Shown: positions 33,545 to 43,187 of the stretch, in pieces
Position numbering within the stretch: position 1 is the stretch's first letter
Layout of the letters: each line of letters begins with the position of its first letter
DNA from: Candidatus Saccharimonadales bacterium
GTDB taxonomy: Bacteria > Patescibacteriota > Saccharimonadia > Saccharimonadales > DASZAF01
Direction: 5' to 3'
NCBI GenBank assembly: GCA_035480055.1
Contig: DATIIB010000009.1
Span: forward strand, 213,068-277,067
DNA length: 64,000 bases
Position numbers and translations under genes: made by a program
The notes under the pieces: model-generated
The model's database searches: none
Seen by the model: only the letters and a program-made list of their open reading frames with translations
Told to the model about the DNA's origin: nothing

Positions 33545-34188
33545 TGAAGAAAAGACTCAAAAAATCCTTTCTTTTTGCCGCGCGCGGTCTTATCTTTGCC
33601 TTTTGTGGTGGAGTCAGCATCTTTTTACTGATGACTGGATACGAATCGATTTACAACCGAGACGTGCCCTTTGTGCATTCACTTGATGCAATTAACCTGA
33701 CCGCTTATCAAAGCCGCTATAACCTCAACAAATACGTGGGCACTGACAGCAAGCAGGTGGGTAACTTTGGCAAGCCCACCAACGTCAAGATGCCCCGACG
33801 TTCAATGCGTTTTGATATCGTTAAGCCAATCCAGGACACCGCTAACAATCAATGGCTGGCTCGGGCAAGCACCCTACACTTATTACCGCTGACCGCCCCA
33901 CGGAATGGCAACCTTGGCGTCGCTTTGCTGTACTGCCGATCCAGTTTTCGTACCTTAAACGCGAGCAATCTACCGAATGTGGGCGACAACCTTTTTATCG
34001 ACACCGACCGCAATTGGCGATATGTCTACCGCGTGACCGACACCCGCGTCTTGCCCGACGACCAGCCCTACATTCTGAGCGACGACGGCACCAAGGGTAA
34101 GGTAATTATTAGCTGCAATGACAGCGCCCACAAACGCAACTTCGTTGTCGAAGCTGATCAATTAGTAGTACAAGGAGTAGAGCAGTGA
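33544..34188 (+). CDS. membrane-anchored sortase-like protein with atypical active-site region
   Basis: N-terminal TM. GDNLFIDTDRNWRYVYRVTD...VIISCNDSAHKRNFVVEA matches the sortase layout (GD..., xxxC, downstream R). The expected GH(R) position reads LYCRSS. Confidence 0.4.
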   Translation: MKKRLKKSFLFAARGLIFAFCGGVSIFLLMTGYESIYNRDVPFVHSLDAINLTAYQSRYNLNKYVGTDSKQVGNFGKPTNVKMPRRSMRFDIVKPIQDTANNQWLARASTLHLLPLTAPRNGNLGVALLYCRSSFRTLNASNLPNVGDNLFIDTDRNWRYVYRVTDTRVLPDDQPYILSDDGTKGKVIISCNDSAHKRNFVVEADQLVVQGVEQ

Positions 34189-35477
34189 GCAACGAAGCCC
34201 TATACACGTTTTTCCGCAATATGACCATTTTTTTGGCAACGCTAATGCTGGTGAAGTACTTTGCTTTTTTGGTGCTCTCGGCCTTCTTTCCCGTACGCGA
34301 AAAATGGCGTCGGTTGCGTCTGGCAAAACGCGAAATCAAAGCCAATGGCAAAATTGCAAAGTTTGAACCACTCGTGTCGGTAGTTATTCCGGCTTGGAAC
34401 GAAGAGGTTGGGGTGCTGCGAACATTAAAGTCTGTGCTGGTGAATACATATCGCCACGTTGAGTTAGTGGTTGTTAATGACGGCTCGACTGATAACTCGC
34501 GGCGAATCATTGACGACTTCATCAAAGCCAATGGACTTGAGAATCGCCACAAAGGGCCGACCGCTCGACACTACTACAAAGAAAATGGTGGTAAAGGTGC
34601 GGCGCTCAACTATGGGATCAAGCGGGCCAAGGGTGAGATCATCCTTACTATGGACGCTGATTCTGCTTTGGACAAATTCGCTATTGAGCGATTGGTGGAA
34701 TATTTCCGCGATCCAGAAATTGCCGCTGTGGTTGGCCAAGTGCGCGTCGCAAACGTCAAGGGTCGCTTGATCGGGTTGATGCAACAACTCGAATACCTCT
34801 TTGGCTTTTACTTTAAACGAGCGCACTGTGTCATGGGAGCCGAATACATTTACGGGGGAGCTTGCGCAGCTTTTCGCCGCAGCTTAACGTTCGAATACTT
34901 TGGTATGTTTGATGAGAAAAACAAAACCGAAGACATCGAGATGTCGATGCGCACCAAATACCATGGCCTCAAATCGCTGTATGCCGAAGATGTACTCTGC
35001 TACACCGAAGGCGCCAGCTCATACCTCAGTCTTATCAGTCAGCGCTTACGCTGGAAGAAAGGCCGCTTTGACACTTTTTTGACATACCGCCGAATGTTCT
35101 TCTCGCTTCACAATAATCACAACAAACCGCTTAGTTGGTTCATTCTGCCATTTGCCATGTTTGCCGAACTGCAACTTTTATTGGAGCCGCTTGGTTTAAC
35201 GCTGCTCATTACCTATAGTCTGCTGTCTGGAGAGTTTGTCTCGTTAGCTCTCAGCATGCTTTTTGTTGGCATCAGCTATATAATCGTCGGGCTTTTTGGC
35301 AAGCACCTTTCGCTTAAGGAACGTATTCGTCTTTTCCTACTATGGCCCTTTACGTGGCCACTCTTTTACATCGTGGTTTGGATTGAATTCCACGCCTTAC
35401 TCCGCGGCCTGCACATGGTGCTACGCGGCGACACTTTGGAATGGCAAAACTGGAAACGCGAAGGCATTGAAGCGTGA
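34185..35477 (+). CDS. processive family-2 glycosyltransferase (PgaC/IcaA/NodC/cellulose-synthase-like)
   Basis: VSVVIPAWNEE, NDGSTDNS, TMDADS, GGACAAFRR, QRLRWKKG (QxxRW). C-terminal TM segments. GTGA start/stop overlaps on both sides. Confidence 0.85.
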   Translation: MSNEALYTFFRNMTIFLATLMLVKYFAFLVLSAFFPVREKWRRLRLAKREIKANGKIAKFEPLVSVVIPAWNEEVGVLRTLKSVLVNTYRHVELVVVNDGSTDNSRRIIDDFIKANGLENRHKGPTARHYYKENGGKGAALNYGIKRAKGEIILTMDADSALDKFAIERLVEYFRDPEIAAVVGQVRVANVKGRLIGLMQQLEYLFGFYFKRAHCVMGAEYIYGGACAAFRRSLTFEYFGMFDEKNKTEDIEMSMRTKYHGLKSLYAEDVLCYTEGASSYLSLISQRLRWKKGRFDTFLTYRRMFFSLHNNHNKPLSWFILPFAMFAELQLLLEPLGLTLLITYSLLSGEFVSLALSMLFVGISYIIVGLFGKHLSLKERIRLFLLWPFTWPLFYIVVWIEFHALLRGLHMVLRGDTLEWQNWKREGIEA

Positions 35478-36646
35478 AAAAGCATCATCTCCTTATTATT
35501 AACCTTATCTTTTTTGGGCTCATCACTTTTTCGGCAGGAGTGGTTTATCAGTTTATGACCGGCAATAAACCCCTCGAGATTGTCAGCTCGCTCTTTCATA
35601 GAAAGAAGACCCCACCAACCATTACCACCAACCAATGCAACGTGAAGGCACCGCTAAATCTTGATACAGCTCAGGATCCTCATTTACGCAAACTGCGTAC
35701 CTATCAAAACGCGTGCCATTCGTACGTTACAGACACCATGATGCTGTTCACCGACATGCCGACCTCGGCCGACAGCGCACTGAAAGCTGCGGATCAAATT
35801 GCCACCACCCTCAAGGAATACCAGCAAGCAGGCGTGCGGCCCCTAGTGATCGCTGAGCCAAATGGCCAATGGGGAAATATCGACTTTGAAACATTTGCAA
35901 GCGGCGCCTACGATCAATGGATTGATGCATATTTTAAAGAGATCAAAGCCAAAGGTGTTACCGATTCACAAATGGGTATTTGGAATCCTTTCCCCGAAGC
36001 CAACCTGCCATATTGGAACAACAACAAACCTGAGTTTTTTGCCCCAAGCGTCACACGATACCTGACCACTCTCCGAGCAACTTTTCCTGGCGCCAAAACG
36101 AGCGTACTGCTTAATTCTGCCACCTACCAAGTCGACGATTTCGACTGGCGAAATGGTGATTACGTGAGCCTGGTACAATACGTCAAAGGTATCCCTGCGG
36201 GTCTAGTGGACTATGCCGGACTCCAAGGTTTCCCTTGGATTGCGCCGCAAGGTGACGATACCAACATCTTTAACGGTGCCGAGTTTGTGAATGCCTCATT
36301 GTTGTCCGAGATGGCCGATAGTCTTAAGACCAAAAACGTCTGGTTTAACACAGGTACCTTTGCGAGTAAATACACCTTGGATCCTGGCAAAAGAGTCGAC
36401 ATCACTCCAGAGCGCCGCAAAGATATTCTCCTTACCATCGACGAGGAAGCACTCAAACTCAAAAAGAAAAACTACAATGTGGCGATTAATATGTTCGCTC
36501 AGGACAAAAGTGCCGATGCCGAGGCGACCGACTGGTCATATTGGAAAAACGACAAACCTTTTGAATCTATAGCTACCCCCGTACTTACCGAATTTATTTC
36601 GCAGCTGCCAAGCCAAGGAATTGATTTCTGGCTGTTTGACCAATAA
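35474..36646 (+). CDS. membrane-anchored extracytoplasmic protein, possible polysaccharide hydrolase or modifying enzyme
   Basis: N-terminal TM anchor. Translationally coupled to the GT2 gene. The by-eye resemblance to a TIM-barrel hydrolase (IWNPFPEANLPYW) is weak. Confidence 0.45.
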   Translation: MKKHHLLIINLIFFGLITFSAGVVYQFMTGNKPLEIVSSLFHRKKTPPTITTNQCNVKAPLNLDTAQDPHLRKLRTYQNACHSYVTDTMMLFTDMPTSADSALKAADQIATTLKEYQQAGVRPLVIAEPNGQWGNIDFETFASGAYDQWIDAYFKEIKAKGVTDSQMGIWNPFPEANLPYWNNNKPEFFAPSVTRYLTTLRATFPGAKTSVLLNSATYQVDDFDWRNGDYVSLVQYVKGIPAGLVDYAGLQGFPWIAPQGDDTNIFNGAEFVNASLLSEMADSLKTKNVWFNTGTFASKYTLDPGKRVDITPERRKDILLTIDEEALKLKKKNYNVAINMFAQDKSADAEATDWSYWKNDKPFESIATPVLTEFISQLPSQGIDFWLFDQ

Positions 36647-36761
36647 GCCGAATGCCCGACTCATTCTCCAACCAGTACTCTTCAAAGCCCTGACTGTCTG
36701 TGAAGACAACCAGATAGTAGTAGCCCGCAAGCCAAAACGCAAGGGCAATTTTTAACTTCGC

Positions 36762-36941
36762 TTAGCTCTTTTTCTTTGGCACCTTCGCGCCCTTCTTGCG
36801 AGCCTCGCTCAGTCCGATTGCTACCGCTTGTTTTTTACTTGTTACTTTCTTGCCACTGCCGCTTTTGAGTTCTCCCTTTTTAAGTTTATGCATCTCTTTT
36901 TTGACCGATTCTTGCGCTTTTTCACCATATTTTCGTGGCAT
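36762..36941 (-). CDS. small basic protein (59 aa, below the ORF-track cutoff) of a widespread 'KKVTSxKQAxAIGLSEAR' family
   Basis: My own translation: MPRKYGEKAQESVKKEMHKLKKGELKSGSGKKVTSKKQAVAIGLSEARKKGAKVPKKKS*. Perfect GGAGGA SD (36953-36948) lies 6 nt upstream of the ATG. Confidence 0.75.
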   Translation of the reverse strand: MPRKYGEKAQESVKKEMHKLKKGELKSGSGKKVTSKKQAVAIGLSEARKKGAKVPKKKS

Positions 36942-36960
36942 ATAAAATCCTCCTTATACA

Positions 36961-37158
36961 TTAATCACAGTCCGGCGCAGTGTGCAGCGGCTTCGGACGT
37001 TTTGTTGGTGGAGTCATGGGTGGATCAACGACGGCTTTGAGAGAGGCAGGCATTTCCTGGCAACCGCAGGCTGCTTGATGCGCAGCGTGCCAGGCCCGAG
37101 CTTGAGCCTCGGTTGGATGTGTCGGCATTGGGTGTGTGTTGTGCCACGTGCTGTTCAT
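36961..37158 (-). CDS. hypothetical His/Pro-rich small protein (65 aa)
   Basis: GGGAGAG SD lies ~8 nt upstream of the ATG, between the VKOR gene and the small basic protein gene. Low-complexity composition lowers confidence. Confidence 0.3.
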   Translation of the reverse strand: MNSTWHNTHPMPTHPTEAQARAWHAAHQAACGCQEMPASLKAVVDPPMTPPTKRPKPLHTAPDCD

Positions 37159-37225
37159 GCTCAGCTCTCCCGCTAACTTATTCTATTGTATCAAATGCGT
37201 CCAAATGCCGCAGGGTACCAGAATG

Positions 37226-37837
37226 TCAAGAGAGGTGGAGGAGCGGTCCAAAATAATACCAAAACCGCTTAAGGATCAAAAAGAAAAGCACAAGATACCA
37301 TGCACCCAGCACATCGCCATGGTGCTGATGGGCAAATTCTTTTGGACGAGCCAGGAGCTTTGGCAGCACAATGGTGCCTTCGCGTAGGTTGTACAAACTT
37401 ACATACCAAAAAATAGGCATGGTCACGCTCCAGGTGATCATGCAGTAGATGCACAGCGCCCCAATCCTATACACGCTTTGGAAGAACAGCCAGTGGATAA
37501 ACACCACGCCGCATAGCGCGCCCAGGTTCAAAAGCCGCCAAAACCACGGTTTAAACGTAGCGCCAGCAAGCATCGCCACACCTACGGTAATAATCATGGC
37601 GAATCCGGCAATGCCCAGGAACATATTCGGGAATCCAAAGACTGCCGCTTGAGGAGTGCCTGCCACAGAAGTGCAGCTGATGACTGGGTTAATGCTGCAT
37701 AACGGATGAAAGCCGGGGTTCTGCAACAATTTAAACTTATCAATGCTCAACAAAAAGGAAGCCATAAAGCCAACAATGCCACCAATTATCAGCACAAAAG
37801 GCAACACCTTTGGAAGCGTCAGACGATGCGTTGCCAT
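37226..37837 (-). CDS. vitamin K epoxide reductase (VKOR) family protein
   Basis: Loop cysteines CSINPVISC and active-site CIYC in a 4-5 TM protein. ATG at 37837 is preferred over the TTG at 37864. Confidence 0.8.
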   Translation of the reverse strand: MATHRLTLPKVLPFVLIIGGIVGFMASFLLSIDKFKLLQNPGFHPLCSINPVISCTSVAGTPQAAVFGFPNMFLGIAGFAMIITVGVAMLAGATFKPWFWRLLNLGALCGVVFIHWLFFQSVYRIGALCIYCMITWSVTMPIFWYVSLYNLREGTIVLPKLLARPKEFAHQHHGDVLGAWYLVLFFLILKRFWYYFGPLLHLS

Positions 37838-37841
37838 AGAT

Positions 37842-39017
37842 TTACTCACTTTCCAATTTTTCAACCACCAACCGGGCTACTAGCGCTGAGTTGGTTTGAG
37901 GCTCCTGGTGCGGCAAACCAAGCGCATCAAGGTTGTCTTTAATATACGTGATCATAACAATTACGCCAAGCACGCTTGCGGTAATTGCCATATTCTGCCA
38001 GAGGTTGGTGTGTCCATGCAGCGCCAAATGCAGTACAAAAATCACCAAAGCATGCAGCGCATACACGAACAAACTATGCCGGCCGAGCGTTTCCAAAACG
38101 CCATAAGTCAGTTGTTGCAATTGCTTGGCATATCGCTGGCAAAGGATGTAGCTGGTAGCAAACCACAGTCCAAAGGTAATCATGCGGCCTGGCTCCATGG
38201 TCCATTTTTCGAGGTATCGCCAGCTGACCGTATTCGCTTGGTCCCATGTATGCATTAGATTTACCTGCCACTGGGCGAGTGAAGCAAAGTGAGCATTCAG
38301 CTCGGAAAGCACAAACACGCTCAAGTAACTGCAGATGAAAGTCACTGCGGTGAGGCTAAAAAGACTAGCAAGTAGCACTCTTTGGGTCCGTGGCGAAAGC
38401 GCCTGGCAGCGAGCACAAAGGGCATCCCAATAAAATCCGGTAATCATCCCGCCTACAAAAATAATCTGCCATGCGGGCACAAACTCCTGGCCGCGCTGCG
38501 TCCAAATCGCCGCTGATCCTAGCACCACTAGCCACCACTGTCGCTTAGCGAGCAAAAAGAACACTACTGGAGCCGCAAGCATAAAAACGACATAATGCGG
38601 CAGAAAGTCCGCCCATCCAAATGAATACTGCAAGGTAAGCGTTTGCCACACCATATGCGGCCAGTTGATTACCGCCGGTAAACCATACTTAATACCCTTG
38701 TCGCCGCTGGCCACAGCCCAATAGCTAAAAAGCAACGTCAGCGACACGGCACATGCATACAATTGGGCAGCTCGGCGCCACATCTTGGTCCATATCCAGA
38801 CAAAGCTGGAGCCCTGAAGAAGTTTTTTACGGTAGATATAACTGACCAGTAAGCCAGAAATAAAAAAGAAACCTTCAGCGGCCGACACCCATAACCGTCC
38901 GCGTCCTGTCAGAAAATCAAAACCGCTGGGATACAGTTCGACATGATCGACAATGATCACGAATAAGAAAAATCCCCTCAGAAAATCGAGTGTGGTTAAG
39001 CGTTTGCTCATAGACAC
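37842..39017 (-). CDS. OpgC-like / acyltransferase-3-like polytopic membrane protein
   Basis: N-terminal RLTTLDFLRGFFLFVIIVDH motif and about 10 TM segments. Confidence 0.5.
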   Translation of the reverse strand: MSMSKRLTTLDFLRGFFLFVIIVDHVELYPSGFDFLTGRGRLWVSAAEGFFFISGLLVSYIYRKKLLQGSSFVWIWTKMWRRAAQLYACAVSLTLLFSYWAVASGDKGIKYGLPAVINWPHMVWQTLTLQYSFGWADFLPHYVVFMLAAPVVFFLLAKRQWWLVVLGSAAIWTQRGQEFVPAWQIIFVGGMITGFYWDALCARCQALSPRTQRVLLASLFSLTAVTFICSYLSVFVLSELNAHFASLAQWQVNLMHTWDQANTVSWRYLEKWTMEPGRMITFGLWFATSYILCQRYAKQLQQLTYGVLETLGRHSLFVYALHALVIFVLHLALHGHTNLWQNMAITASVLGVIVMITYIKDNLDALGLPHQEPQTNSALVARLVVEKLESE

Positions 39018-39198
39018 CCTGCTAAGTTATAAGATGTACCTGAAGCCAAACTGAAGTGCTTATATTTAAGCGCTATTTTGTGATACCCCCGCATACCCTA
39101 TCTACTCTATCACGAGTATTACAGTTAGTTTACGCTTCCCTAAAATTTGCAAGTTGCAGCACGCCACCAAGCCGCCGCCTTTTTAATAGCAAAAGATT

Positions 39199-40815
39199 CT
39201 AGCTTTCGTCAACAAATTTCCAGCGTCTGCCCATTAACCACGCTTTACTATTTTCGAAGACAACCATCCCTACAAGTGAATACATCAAGAGCGTATTCAT
39301 AATTGCCCAAAAGACCAATACCGCTGCATGCCGTCCTTCAATACTACCGACCAACAGATCAACAAGCGAAATCGTACCAAGAACAAAATGAGGAGCAAAT
39401 AACACTAGAGGTGTTGAGGCGGCCACGCCCTCACCCTTCGGTGTAACTTTAAAGGAAAGCTTCTTTCCGCGCAGTACGCCCACTAACGCCATAAAATAAA
39501 TTGGTGCCGCAGCCAAAAGGACTATCTTACCCTTAAGATGGAACCCTGATTCATATCGGGGACGTACAGTAAATTTCTGCTGCCATAGAACAAAGATAAA
39601 CTGCCATATGACGAGTGGAATATAAAGCAGAAGCATTGGAAGAGCATTCATATTAGCGCTACTTATTCCAAGCAAGAAGTAAAGCGTCAGCAGAATAGTA
39701 CCGAGTACCATAGTAAGTCCGCTAAAATAATGTTGCTGCATCATAAAGTAGATAAATCGATGGCGCCGACTCATCGATTTGAACAATCCAAAACTATGAT
39801 GAAAGAGAACATGGATGCATCCATAAGCCCAACGCATCTGTTGGCTGAAATATGCCTCCCACGTAGTTGGCCCTTCGCCAATTGCTAAAACTTCAGGCAC
39901 GTATACGCTTTTCCATTGCCTGGCATGCAGATTCATTCCAGTAAGCAAGTCTTCTGTAATATGTCCCGCATACCAACCGTTCTCTTTGAGAGCAGCAACA
40001 CGCATAACATGATTAGCACCTATAAGCATCGTCATATCATGCCCAGAAAGTCCTTTCTGAATCGGCCCATAGAATCCATAAGTCTGTTCGGCTGCCCCTT
40101 GGGCGATGAGTGAATCGTCACCATTGCCATACACTTGAGGAGTGCCGACAAAAGCAACGCTTGGATCCCTAAAATATCCAAGCGTACGGTTAAGAAAGTT
40201 TTTGCTCGGCACAAAATCCAGATCGATCTGGGCCACAATATCGTATTCTTTACCATGAGAATCATACCAAGCATTGTGATTTCCACCCTTGGTTTTTACT
40301 TTAAAGATTCCGCTACTTTGATTGTATCTTTCAATGTCCTTGCGACTAAAGTGCTTTGCTCCGTATTTTAGGCAGAGCGCTTTCGCCGTCTCATCGTTGC
40401 CCTCATCCAAGATCCATGTATCGTGTACATGCTCAGCTCCCACCATGCCACGTAGATTTCTTTCTAGCATATCGTACGGCTCCTTACCGGGAACAAAGGT
40501 CGATATAAAGGCCACCTTTAGTCCGGCTTCCGGAGTTACACGCTGAGGCTTGGTCATTGTCGAGGTGATATACCACGCAACAAGCTCACTTATTAGCTGG
40601 TGCCAAACGACATAGCTTACAATCGCAAAAAGAAGATAGTCTAGTACTTTACTCCAACCGTGGTAGTTATCGGGTATATGACTCGGTTCAAACCAATAGC
40701 CGGCAAATATGGTCGTAAGAAGAAGTCCTACAGTGACAAATAACCAGAAACGACGACGCTGATGCCGATTCATTACGGGCAATTTACGAATTTTACGAAT
40801 AGCTCTGCTTGACAT
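39199..40815 (-). CDS. cellulose-synthase-like processive GT2
   Basis: VAFISTFVP, ILDEGND, QIDLDF, QQMRWAYG (QxxRW), with TM segments on both sides. ATG at 40815; GTG at 40821 is also possible. Confidence 0.8.
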   Translation of the reverse strand: MSSRAIRKIRKLPVMNRHQRRRFWLFVTVGLLLTTIFAGYWFEPSHIPDNYHGWSKVLDYLLFAIVSYVVWHQLISELVAWYITSTMTKPQRVTPEAGLKVAFISTFVPGKEPYDMLERNLRGMVGAEHVHDTWILDEGNDETAKALCLKYGAKHFSRKDIERYNQSSGIFKVKTKGGNHNAWYDSHGKEYDIVAQIDLDFVPSKNFLNRTLGYFRDPSVAFVGTPQVYGNGDDSLIAQGAAEQTYGFYGPIQKGLSGHDMTMLIGANHVMRVAALKENGWYAGHITEDLLTGMNLHARQWKSVYVPEVLAIGEGPTTWEAYFSQQMRWAYGCIHVLFHHSFGLFKSMSRRHRFIYFMMQQHYFSGLTMVLGTILLTLYFLLGISSANMNALPMLLLYIPLVIWQFIFVLWQQKFTVRPRYESGFHLKGKIVLLAAAPIYFMALVGVLRGKKLSFKVTPKGEGVAASTPLVLFAPHFVLGTISLVDLLVGSIEGRHAAVLVFWAIMNTLLMYSLVGMVVFENSKAWLMGRRWKFVDES

Positions 40816-40923
40816 TCCCACGCCTTCTATCTGGAAGATATTGTATAGCTTATTAAAACCGTGTTATGATAACATCTAGTTGATTTATAATCAAGTTTAT
40901 AAGCCTAGAAGGGATGGGGCGCA

Positions 40924-42555
40924 GTGCGCATTGCAACCAATAAATCCAAGTACTCTTACGTAATCGGCAGGCAGCAAGCTTGGCTTGTTAAAATAGTCGG
41001 GGCCTTAGGGCTTATCTCACTTATTGGTCTAGTGTGGGGATACTACAACTTCCTTAATGTCAGTATTCCGATTAAACTTCTGTTGTTTATTCCCTGCCTG
41101 ATAATCGTGCTCTACCACTTCGTTTCCTATCTTCTTCAACTGCTTTTTGTAGGGTTTGATACGCGTGAGCACGAAGAGCGAGTAGCAGCCTATTGGCATG
41201 AGCGTCCTATTGCAGATATACTGAGCGTGACTGTTATTATCCCTGCTGCAGGCGAGAGCGTGAGCATTGTCCGCAAGACCGTTAATAAAGCGCTCGCCCT
41301 CGACTATCCAAAGAAGACAGTTTATATACTTGATGATACTAAAGAAGGTATCTATAAACGTATGGCAGCAACTCAAGGTTGCCGCTATGCACACAGGCCG
41401 AATACTGGTGAGTCAAAGAAAGCAGGCAATTTAAACTATGCATTGGAGCATCTGCCGGCATCGGACTATTTTCTAGTCCTTGATGCTGATTTTGTAGCCC
41501 GGCGCGAAATGTTGAGAGAAATGATTCCCTATGCTAAGCCCGAAGTTGGAATCATCCAGACGCCGCAGCACTTTAGTCTTTCAGATACTGTATATTACAA
41601 ATCCAAAGTCGCTTTCGGAGCAGGCCTAATACAAAAGGAGTTCTATCGAATCACGCAAACTGCAAGAGATCGCTTTGGAGCCGCTATCTGCGTAGGCACT
41701 AACGCGCTTTATAATCGTCAGGCATTGCTGCAAGTAGGCGGGTACGAAGGAGTGGGCGGATATGGACCATGGCAACATAGTGAAGATGTGAATACGGGTC
41801 TAAAAATGCTTAATTATACTCGCAGGGATGGATCCGCATACAAAATAAAATATCTTCCCGTACAACTCGCAACCGGCACATGCCCTGAAGATTACTATTC
41901 ATTCTATAAACAACAAAACCGCTGGTGCACGGGCAGCTTGCAACTCCTTTTCTCTAGAAAGACGCTCCTTTCCAAAACGCTCTCTCCACTTCAAAAATTG
42001 TTCTACTTCTCTAATGGCCTCTATTACCTTTACACAATCGCACTACTGCTCACTCCATTACAGCTCCTTACTATCAGCCTCGTCCATGCTTCATATCATT
42101 GGAGTTATACATTTGCTTTTTTACCGTCGTTTATAGTTGCCAATCTTCTTACCCCATTTGTATTCCGACGAGAACCGGAACCATTAGCAGCTGCCGTCAC
42201 TATTACAGCCACGGCTTATACTTTTCTGCAAGCATTATGGCTACTTATTATTCGAAGGCCTCTTGGCTGGGAGGCTACAGGACAGAAGGCACTGAGTAAA
42301 AGCCAGCGTTTTACTGAATTCAAGGTTCTTGTTGTCTTTTACTTTTCCATCGCGTATCTTGGAACCCTACTCGTAGTTGTACGCCAGGGTGGTTTTGGAC
42401 TTAGGGCATCAATAATTCTTCAGGCGATTTTCCTGTATTCCTTCATCACTCAGGCTATACACCTTTATTATCTGCTATTTGTCGCGAGCGCCATACGCAT
42501 TCCCCGCCATATCAAGTTTATCGCTCGTAATCCCCTAAGTCGTACCGTAGCTTAA
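40924..42555 (+). CDS. cellulose-synthase-like processive GT2 (divergently transcribed second copy)
   Basis: VTVIIPAAGES, ILDDTK, VLDADF, GTNALYNR, QQNRWCTG (QxxRW). GTG start after GGGATGGGG. Confidence 0.8.
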   Translation: MRIATNKSKYSYVIGRQQAWLVKIVGALGLISLIGLVWGYYNFLNVSIPIKLLLFIPCLIIVLYHFVSYLLQLLFVGFDTREHEERVAAYWHERPIADILSVTVIIPAAGESVSIVRKTVNKALALDYPKKTVYILDDTKEGIYKRMAATQGCRYAHRPNTGESKKAGNLNYALEHLPASDYFLVLDADFVARREMLREMIPYAKPEVGIIQTPQHFSLSDTVYYKSKVAFGAGLIQKEFYRITQTARDRFGAAICVGTNALYNRQALLQVGGYEGVGGYGPWQHSEDVNTGLKMLNYTRRDGSAYKIKYLPVQLATGTCPEDYYSFYKQQNRWCTGSLQLLFSRKTLLSKTLSPLQKLFYFSNGLYYLYTIALLLTPLQLLTISLVHASYHWSYTFAFLPSFIVANLLTPFVFRREPEPLAAAVTITATAYTFLQALWLLIIRRPLGWEATGQKALSKSQRFTEFKVLVVFYFSIAYLGTLLVVVRQGGFGLRASIILQAIFLYSFITQAIHLYYLLFVASAIRIPRHIKFIARNPLSRTVA

Positions 42556-42911
42556 GACCTCTCTTTATACACAGTTTATACCCACCACCTCTGTAGAATA
42601 ATCTCCACAAAACCCATTGCGCCCCACCCACCAACGCGTATACTTATAAGTAGTCATGTGTGTACTGGGAGACCTTTTTACATACAGGCTTTCGCAAAAA
42701 AGCATTCTTTAGGGAGCATACACACTAGCGGTTCGCCGCGAAGCGTCCCTGCAACCTCATTCAAGCAATTGCTACCTGGCAGTATATTTCTGAACGGTGA
42801 AATGCACTTACCCAGCTAGCCTCTGCAGAGAAAAACCCGTTCGCTGACGTCACCACCTTTTTTGGTCAGCTTATTTTTCGTCACTAACTTTTTCTTTAGG
42901 GAGCTTGAATT

Positions 42912-43169
42912 ATGAACAACCGTACCATCAACCAGGAAGTACACATCACCGCCCTCTACTTCCAGAACGGGCCCGACATGAGCACCCTGCCACGCCGCAT
43001 GGAATGGATGGGGCAGACTTACACTTTTCGTGAAGGCTTGCAAAAACTGATCGGCAAAGGCAAGAGCGTGATCCGCATCTTCGACATGAGCGACGGCGAA
43101 AAGCACTACCGCTTAATGAGCGACGACGAGCAGGCCAAGTGGACGCTGGTCAACATCACCGCGGCATAG
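42912..43169 (+). CDS. hypothetical small protein (85 aa)
   Basis: AGGGAG SD lies 8 nt upstream, the ORF is clean, and a strong terminator follows. Confidence 0.55.
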   Translation: MNNRTINQEVHITALYFQNGPDMSTLPRRMEWMGQTYTFREGLQKLIGKGKSVIRIFDMSDGEKHYRLMSDDEQAKWTLVNITAA

Positions 43170-43187
43170 GCATGTCAGGACGCACAT

